Below, in pieces: positions 26,727-31,114 of a DNA stretch of 31,114 bases. Source of the stretch: a virus (Duplodnaviria > Caudoviricetes); the IMG/VR virus record IMGVR_UViG_3300032300_000079, positions 1 to 31,114 of that record; one strand, 5' to 3'. The notes beneath the pieces were generated by a model. It had not been told where the DNA came from and ran no database searches. It saw nothing but the letters and a program-made list of their open reading frames with translations. Positions within the stretch are counted from its first letter, which is position 1; each line of letters opens with the position of its first letter. A program made the translations under genes and the position numbers.

Positions 26727-27144
26727 TTTGATTTGGCCAAGTAATGTTGAATGGATCAGCCTGAGTTGTGATGTCCCGCAACGCTTGGCGGTAGGTTGCC
26801 CATGCGGTTTTGTCAACCGGAGAGTCTGCTACCTGCGTCCAGTCGGTGTCTTTGAGCATCTGGTTGCGCTGGGTACGGATTACTTGCCACTGTGTCACTA
26901 CGCGCTGGTCAAGCTCCTCTTGGGTAAGTGGCTCTACGTCAACCAAGCAGCACATCCCGTCATACAGGTGAGGTGCCGCAGACACTAACTTCTCTGTTGC
27001 GTGGTCGTAGGGTTTCCACACCGTGATGACGTAATAGCCCTCGGACTTGATCCAATCCACAGACGGCCCACGCTCACCGAAGGAGGTGTTAGGAAAAAAC
27101 TCAGTGTGGTCTTTGATGATGAGGTCTTGGTTAGCAATTTGCAT
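26716..27144 (-). CDS. Tail fiber assembly chaperone
   Basis: IR.QRN.ML..TDWTQ..D.P...W..YRQALRDIT....P..I.WP motif. Confidence 0.85.
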   Translation of the reverse strand: MQIANQDLIIKDHTEFFPNTSFGERGPSVDWIKSEGYYVITVWKPYDHATEKLVSAAPHLYDGMCCLVDVEPLTQEELDQRVVTQWQVIRTQRNQMLKDTDWTQVADSPVDKTAWATYRQALRDITTQADPFNITWPNQNAI

Positions 27145-27146
27145 GG

Positions 27147-29243
27147 TTACCTCGTTGGGAATGCTGCGGTTGGGATAGGAGTGGCGGCACGGGCAACACC
27201 CTTAGTAACTCGGAAATCTTGAATATAACCGGACAAAAAATCACTGCCTGAAAAATTTGCCCCAACTCTTGCTCCAGATGTTGAAGGTGCTAAGTAGTTG
27301 TTAGAGTCGGAGTAGCTGCCACCAGATTGCGTACCGTTAATAAAAAACTGAGTAGTGCCGCTGCTTCTACGCAAAGACATAAAAGTCCAAACGCCTGTTG
27401 ATGGTTGAACGCTGGTAATTACAGTGTTTGATCCAACATAATAATTTATGACTCCATTGTTGAGATAAAGCAATGGATATATACCTGCCGCAGCCCTTCC
27501 GTCATATAGAGTCTGAAACCCAGTGTTGCTCGTAAAGTAAACCCAAAACTCAATTGTAAAGTCCCCGGTTCCAAAAGTTAAACTTTGTGGAGAACCCGCG
27601 CTGACACTGAGATAATCGCCCGTCCCATCAAACCTTATGCTTGTTGGAGGCCACTTAGCAGTAATTGCAGTGCTAACCTGAGCATCCCCAACCGTCGTTA
27701 TCACGTTCTGCACGGCGGCGTCGTAGATTCCTGCGTTGGCCATGTTGAGCAGGAGACTAGTGTTTGAAGCCGCAAAACTTGTATTGACGTTTGTGGTGCT
27801 TTGGTAGCTTGCTGCGCTGGCCGGTCCTGTCGTGGCTAACGGTGCAAGCGTGGGTGGGGTAAATGCCCCGGTGTAGACTGCGGTGCCTTTGACAATGCGA
27901 AGGTTGGAAATTAAACCCGGAAATGGTGACGTTCCTCCACCACCAGAAGGCGTCCCCCCAAATCCTGTTGCGGAATTGTCAACTCCGTAATTGCTAGAAT
28001 CCGAAACAGAAGTTGAGACAACACCGTTTACAAAAAAACGAGTTGTTCCAGATGCCCTGCATATTGCAATGTGCGTCCAAGTTTTTGCGGTTATTGCCGA
28101 ATTTGCATTAAGGACTAAGGAGTTTCCGGAATAAACCTGAATTCCTCCGGATGTACTTCGGTTAACGTACCAACCCAAACCGCCATTTGATCCATTGTTG
28201 TAATTTGAAATAATTGATGCAATACTTGTATTAACCGCATCCAAGTAAATCCATGCTTCCGCTGTGAAATCTCCGTTTCCAAAATTCACTATGTTGCTGC
28301 TAGCCGCCGTCAAATAATCCGTACTACCATTAAAGTACCCGCTCCCACCATACAGCGCAGTGGTGTACGATGCCGTTGGGGAGAACGGCTGGAATGCTTG
28401 GACGGTTGGGGCTCCGTTGACCGTGATTGTTTTTGCGGTTGTAGCAGTGTTGGCGTCAATAAACCTGTTACTGTAACAAGTTAAAAGCTGAGTGTTGGCT
28501 AGAGAAGTAGTAAGCGGAGAAGTAGAAGGAGTAAATGTTGTGCCGTTAGGATACAAACAAGTTCCGTTTACAAGCCTAAAGTTTGATATGTATCCCAAAA
28601 AAGTCCAAACTGTAGATTCTCCGGGCCGCGCAACGGAAAAATTAGAAGCGGAGTTGTTTAAAGTTAATCCAGTTACAGCTACTGTCCCGTATTGAACGCC
28701 GTTAATATAAAGGCGAACTGTGTTCCCATCTCTGGTAGCAACTACGTGTGCCCACTGATTATAAGGGACGTTTATTGAGGTTGAAGCCGTATAAGCAGTG
28801 GAACCAGAGTACACTTCAACAAAAAGTTGATTTGTACTGTTTAGATAAAATATAAAAGTGCTAGCAGACTCGACATTGGGATTGCTGCATTGACCTGCTA
28901 TAGCTCTGTTAATTGCATTGTTAGGACAGTATATCCAACATTCTATTGTCCAGTTTGCGTTTGACAGAGTAAAACCCGCGCTGTCCGGAGTGCTTAAATA
29001 TGTATTACTACCATTAAAATAATTACTCCACTGCCCATTCGGCCAATACGGAGTGATTGAACCCTGCGTCGGTGTGCCGGTGCGGGTGATGGTGAAGTTG
29101 TTCGTTGAAGAATCTAAGAACGTGTTGTTCTGCTGTCCATTCGTGCTGGTTGTGTTTAGCAACAGCGGGACGTAGGCAAAAGATGGGTCGGTTGCACCGC
29201 CAGCAGCAGGCCTACGAAACAGAGTTTTGCTGCTTGAAAACAT
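27147..29243 (-). CDS. Receptor-binding protein with three LamG/concanavalin A-like domains
   Basis: Three copies of F.G..YL...[WF]T.E.W.Y...W...R...[FY].NG...G.I...R. Confidence 0.85.
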   Translation of the reverse strand: MFSSSKTLFRRPAAGGATDPSFAYVPLLLNTTSTNGQQNNTFLDSSTNNFTITRTGTPTQGSITPYWPNGQWSNYFNGSNTYLSTPDSAGFTLSNANWTIECWIYCPNNAINRAIAGQCSNPNVESASTFIFYLNSTNQLFVEVYSGSTAYTASTSINVPYNQWAHVVATRDGNTVRLYINGVQYGTVAVTGLTLNNSASNFSVARPGESTVWTFLGYISNFRLVNGTCLYPNGTTFTPSTSPLTTSLANTQLLTCYSNRFIDANTATTAKTITVNGAPTVQAFQPFSPTASYTTALYGGSGYFNGSTDYLTAASSNIVNFGNGDFTAEAWIYLDAVNTSIASIISNYNNGSNGGLGWYVNRSTSGGIQVYSGNSLVLNANSAITAKTWTHIAICRASGTTRFFVNGVVSTSVSDSSNYGVDNSATGFGGTPSGGGGTSPFPGLISNLRIVKGTAVYTGAFTPPTLAPLATTGPASAASYQSTTNVNTSFAASNTSLLLNMANAGIYDAAVQNVITTVGDAQVSTAITAKWPPTSIRFDGTGDYLSVSAGSPQSLTFGTGDFTIEFWVYFTSNTGFQTLYDGRAAAGIYPLLYLNNGVINYYVGSNTVITSVQPSTGVWTFMSLRRSSGTTQFFINGTQSGGSYSDSNNYLAPSTSGARVGANFSGSDFLSGYIQDFRVTKGVARAATPIPTAAFPTR

Positions 29244-30436
29244 CAGAAATTTGCCCCGGATTGGACGCCGTACCAGTTTGTGCCATCCGAAATGAATGCG
29301 TAGATATCCACCTTTGTATTCGTCAAGGTGGCCGTTGGGGTCGTGCCGCCCGGATACTTCAAAGTTCCAGATGGCGATGTAAAGGTCAGGCTAGTCGGAG
29401 TTGAGGCGTACACCACAAGCACCGTCAGTGACTTACCAGCAGCGGGGGAAGGCAACGTAATCGCATTCGCCCCGACCATCGTCGTAATTGTCTGGAAGGT
29501 TCCGTTTGTCAACGACAATGTGATTGCATTACTGGTCACCGTCGCCGTGAAGTTGGTCTCGGTGTAGTTCGTGATTGTTGGATTGGTCAGAGTTTTGTTG
29601 GTAAACGTCTCCGTTCCAGCTAAAGTTGCAAGTGTTCCCGTTGTAGGCAACGTAACCGCAGTTGTGCCGGAAACCGTAAGCGTCGTTCCAAACGCACCAG
29701 AAATCGTAATCGTGCTGGCCGAGTTGTTTGCTACACCAGTGCCGCCCTTGTTTGCGGCTATTGCAACCCCGTTCCAAGTTGCTGAAGTAATAGAACCGGG
29801 ATAATCAAGGGTGTTTGTTGACCACGAAGTGTTGCTTGGAGTCTGATCGTGCCTATCCCAACTTCCAGCAGAGGTCGCGTTTGATAACAGAACAACGGTT
29901 ACGTACCCGCCAGACGGAACAGAAACAACCAAAGAAGACGAAGCATTATTTACGGTAATTGCGCCGCTAGACTGATTGTTGTTAAATGAAAATATTGTGC
30001 CGTTTGGCAGCGTGGTTGCGTTTGGCAACTGAATAACTTGTCCACCAGAACCCGTGACGTTATATACGGGCGTTGACGCCGCCGTCAGCGTAATCGTAGT
30101 GCCAGATGCAGCAACGCTTGTAAACCCGTTAAACGTAGCGTTGGTAGTGATGTTGCCATTGGCGTCGCGCAAAGCCACCGAACTTGCACCAGAAGACGCT
30201 GTAACGCCCGTCCCGCCATTAGCAACCGGAAGAATCCCTGTAACACCAGTAGTAAGCGGCAACCCTGTACCGTTCGTCAGCACAATGGCCGAAGGGGTTC
30301 CAAAGTCCCCACCAGTAACAATTAGCGTTCCGGTTGTGTCCGGTAGAGTAACCACTGGCGTTCCGCTAGTCGCCGCAGCCTGTAAAGTCTGGGTGCCAGC
30401 CCCGCTTGCGTTACCTTGAAGTTTGATTGCACTCAT
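29243..30436 (-). CDS. Tail fiber / connector protein
   Basis: Thr/Gly-rich with GGTG repeats. Shares a 144-aa domain with 23249..24814. Ends SDGTNWYG...NF. Confidence 0.7.
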   Translation of the reverse strand: MSAIKLQGNASGAGTQTLQAAATSGTPVVTLPDTTGTLIVTGGDFGTPSAIVLTNGTGLPLTTGVTGILPVANGGTGVTASSGASSVALRDANGNITTNATFNGFTSVAASGTTITLTAASTPVYNVTGSGGQVIQLPNATTLPNGTIFSFNNNQSSGAITVNNASSSLVVSVPSGGYVTVVLLSNATSAGSWDRHDQTPSNTSWSTNTLDYPGSITSATWNGVAIAANKGGTGVANNSASTITISGAFGTTLTVSGTTAVTLPTTGTLATLAGTETFTNKTLTNPTITNYTETNFTATVTSNAITLSLTNGTFQTITTMVGANAITLPSPAAGKSLTVLVVYASTPTSLTFTSPSGTLKYPGGTTPTATLTNTKVDIYAFISDGTNWYGVQSGANF

Positions 30437-31114
30437 TTAAGTATTCCAAATTGCCCAGACTTGTCCGGTGGGTACTGTTACTGCATATCCTGCGGCAACC
30501 GTTACTGGGCCAACACTAAACCCGTTTGTGTTGCTGGTCAGCGTGTAGTTCTGACTAATAACAATTTGCGATTCAAGTATAGGTCCACCACCACCGCCTC
30601 CCCCCGTGTATTGGGGAATATTTAGCGTCGTTCCGTTAAATGTAGCAGCACCAGAACTTCCAGTTGTGGTTAGCGTAATTGGGGATTGGTAGTCTGTATT
30701 TGCTACGGCTGCGCTAATCGCAGTGCCGTTACCCTTGAGAACACCTTGAATCGTCGTAGAGAGCGTTATAGCCGGGGTGGTTGTGGCATTCGCTACCGTT
30801 CCAGCCAACCCATTAGCAGATACAACCGAAACCGTTGTTACAGTCCCAGACCCGCCACCAGAAGCATTGATGGTTTGATTAGGCCAAGTTCCGGTAATCG
30901 TTATATTGGTCCCGGCTACTAACCCCGGTGTTGCCGTGCCGGTCCCGCCGCTGGCAACATTCAATACGCCTTGAAGAACAATTGTCCCAGAGGTCGTTAT
31001 CGGACCTCCGGTCGTTGTCAGTCCGGTAGAACCTCCAACAACATCAACTGACGTTACCGTGCCCGAACCACCACCACCCCCACCTGAGCCCTCAGTGATC
31101 AGGACGACTGACAT
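30437..31114 (-). CDS. Tail fiber-like protein (start at window edge, may extend further)
   Basis: GTVTSV repeats, GGTG motifs, C-terminal NYTL...SVGPVTV..G..VTVP.G..W. Confidence 0.7.
   Translation of the reverse strand: MSVVLITEGSGGGGGGSGTVTSVDVVGGSTGLTTTGGPITTSGTIVLQGVLNVASGGTGTATPGLVAGTNITITGTWPNQTINASGGGSGTVTTVSVVSANGLAGTVANATTTPAITLSTTIQGVLKGNGTAISAAVANTDYQSPITLTTTGSSGAATFNGTTLNIPQYTGGGGGGGPILESQIVISQNYTLTSNTNGFSVGPVTVAAGYAVTVPTGQVWAIWNT

Noticed and set aside
26727-26816. Upstream extension of the 26223 ORF given in the track
   Set aside because: It overlaps the conserved C-terminus of the chaperone gene. ATG 26726 gives a more plausible start.
23282-30166. Duplicated fiber segment as a DGR template/variable repeat pair
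   Set aside because: Differences are mostly synonymous and involve all bases rather than being adenine-specific. Both copies are coding, and no reverse transcriptase is in the window.
1-31114. Alternative genetic code, tRNA genes, integrase/att sites, introns
   Set aside because: Genes tile both units under the standard code with tight coupling, leaving almost no intergenic room. No cloverleaf, integrase motif or interrupted gene was seen.

Overview
This 31.1 kb window is a gene-dense segment of a tailed dsDNA bacteriophage (Caudoviricetes). Its structural module looks short-tailed (podovirus-type), and the GH108 lysin with a 3-TM holin suggests a Gram-negative host. The left end (1-3871) is an early/replication module. 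A leftward unit carries a Cro/YdaS-like HTH, a YdaU/DUF1376-type replication initiator with candidate iterons inside its own gene, and a truncated primase-type Zn finger. A divergent rightward unit carries an SSB-like protein, two PD-(D/E)xK nucleases and small ORFs. No CI repressor or integrase is visible. From 31114 down to 3859, a translationally coupled minus-strand late region encodes two fiber/adhesin modules, a triple-LamG protein, two head-tail adaptor-like proteins, a free-standing HNH-AP2 endonuclease, a lysis cassette, a gp10-like tail nozzle, and four putative ejection proteins including a 2129-aa repeat-rich giant. This region ends at an intrinsic terminator near 3786-3811. Terminase, portal and capsid genes are not in the window. 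The most intriguing signals are the giant protein (6x58-aa repeats, a TonB-box-like peptide, a possible nested in-frame gene) and [AK]xGG motifs at apparent module junctions that suggest polyprotein processing. All family assignments come from motif recognition, not database searches.
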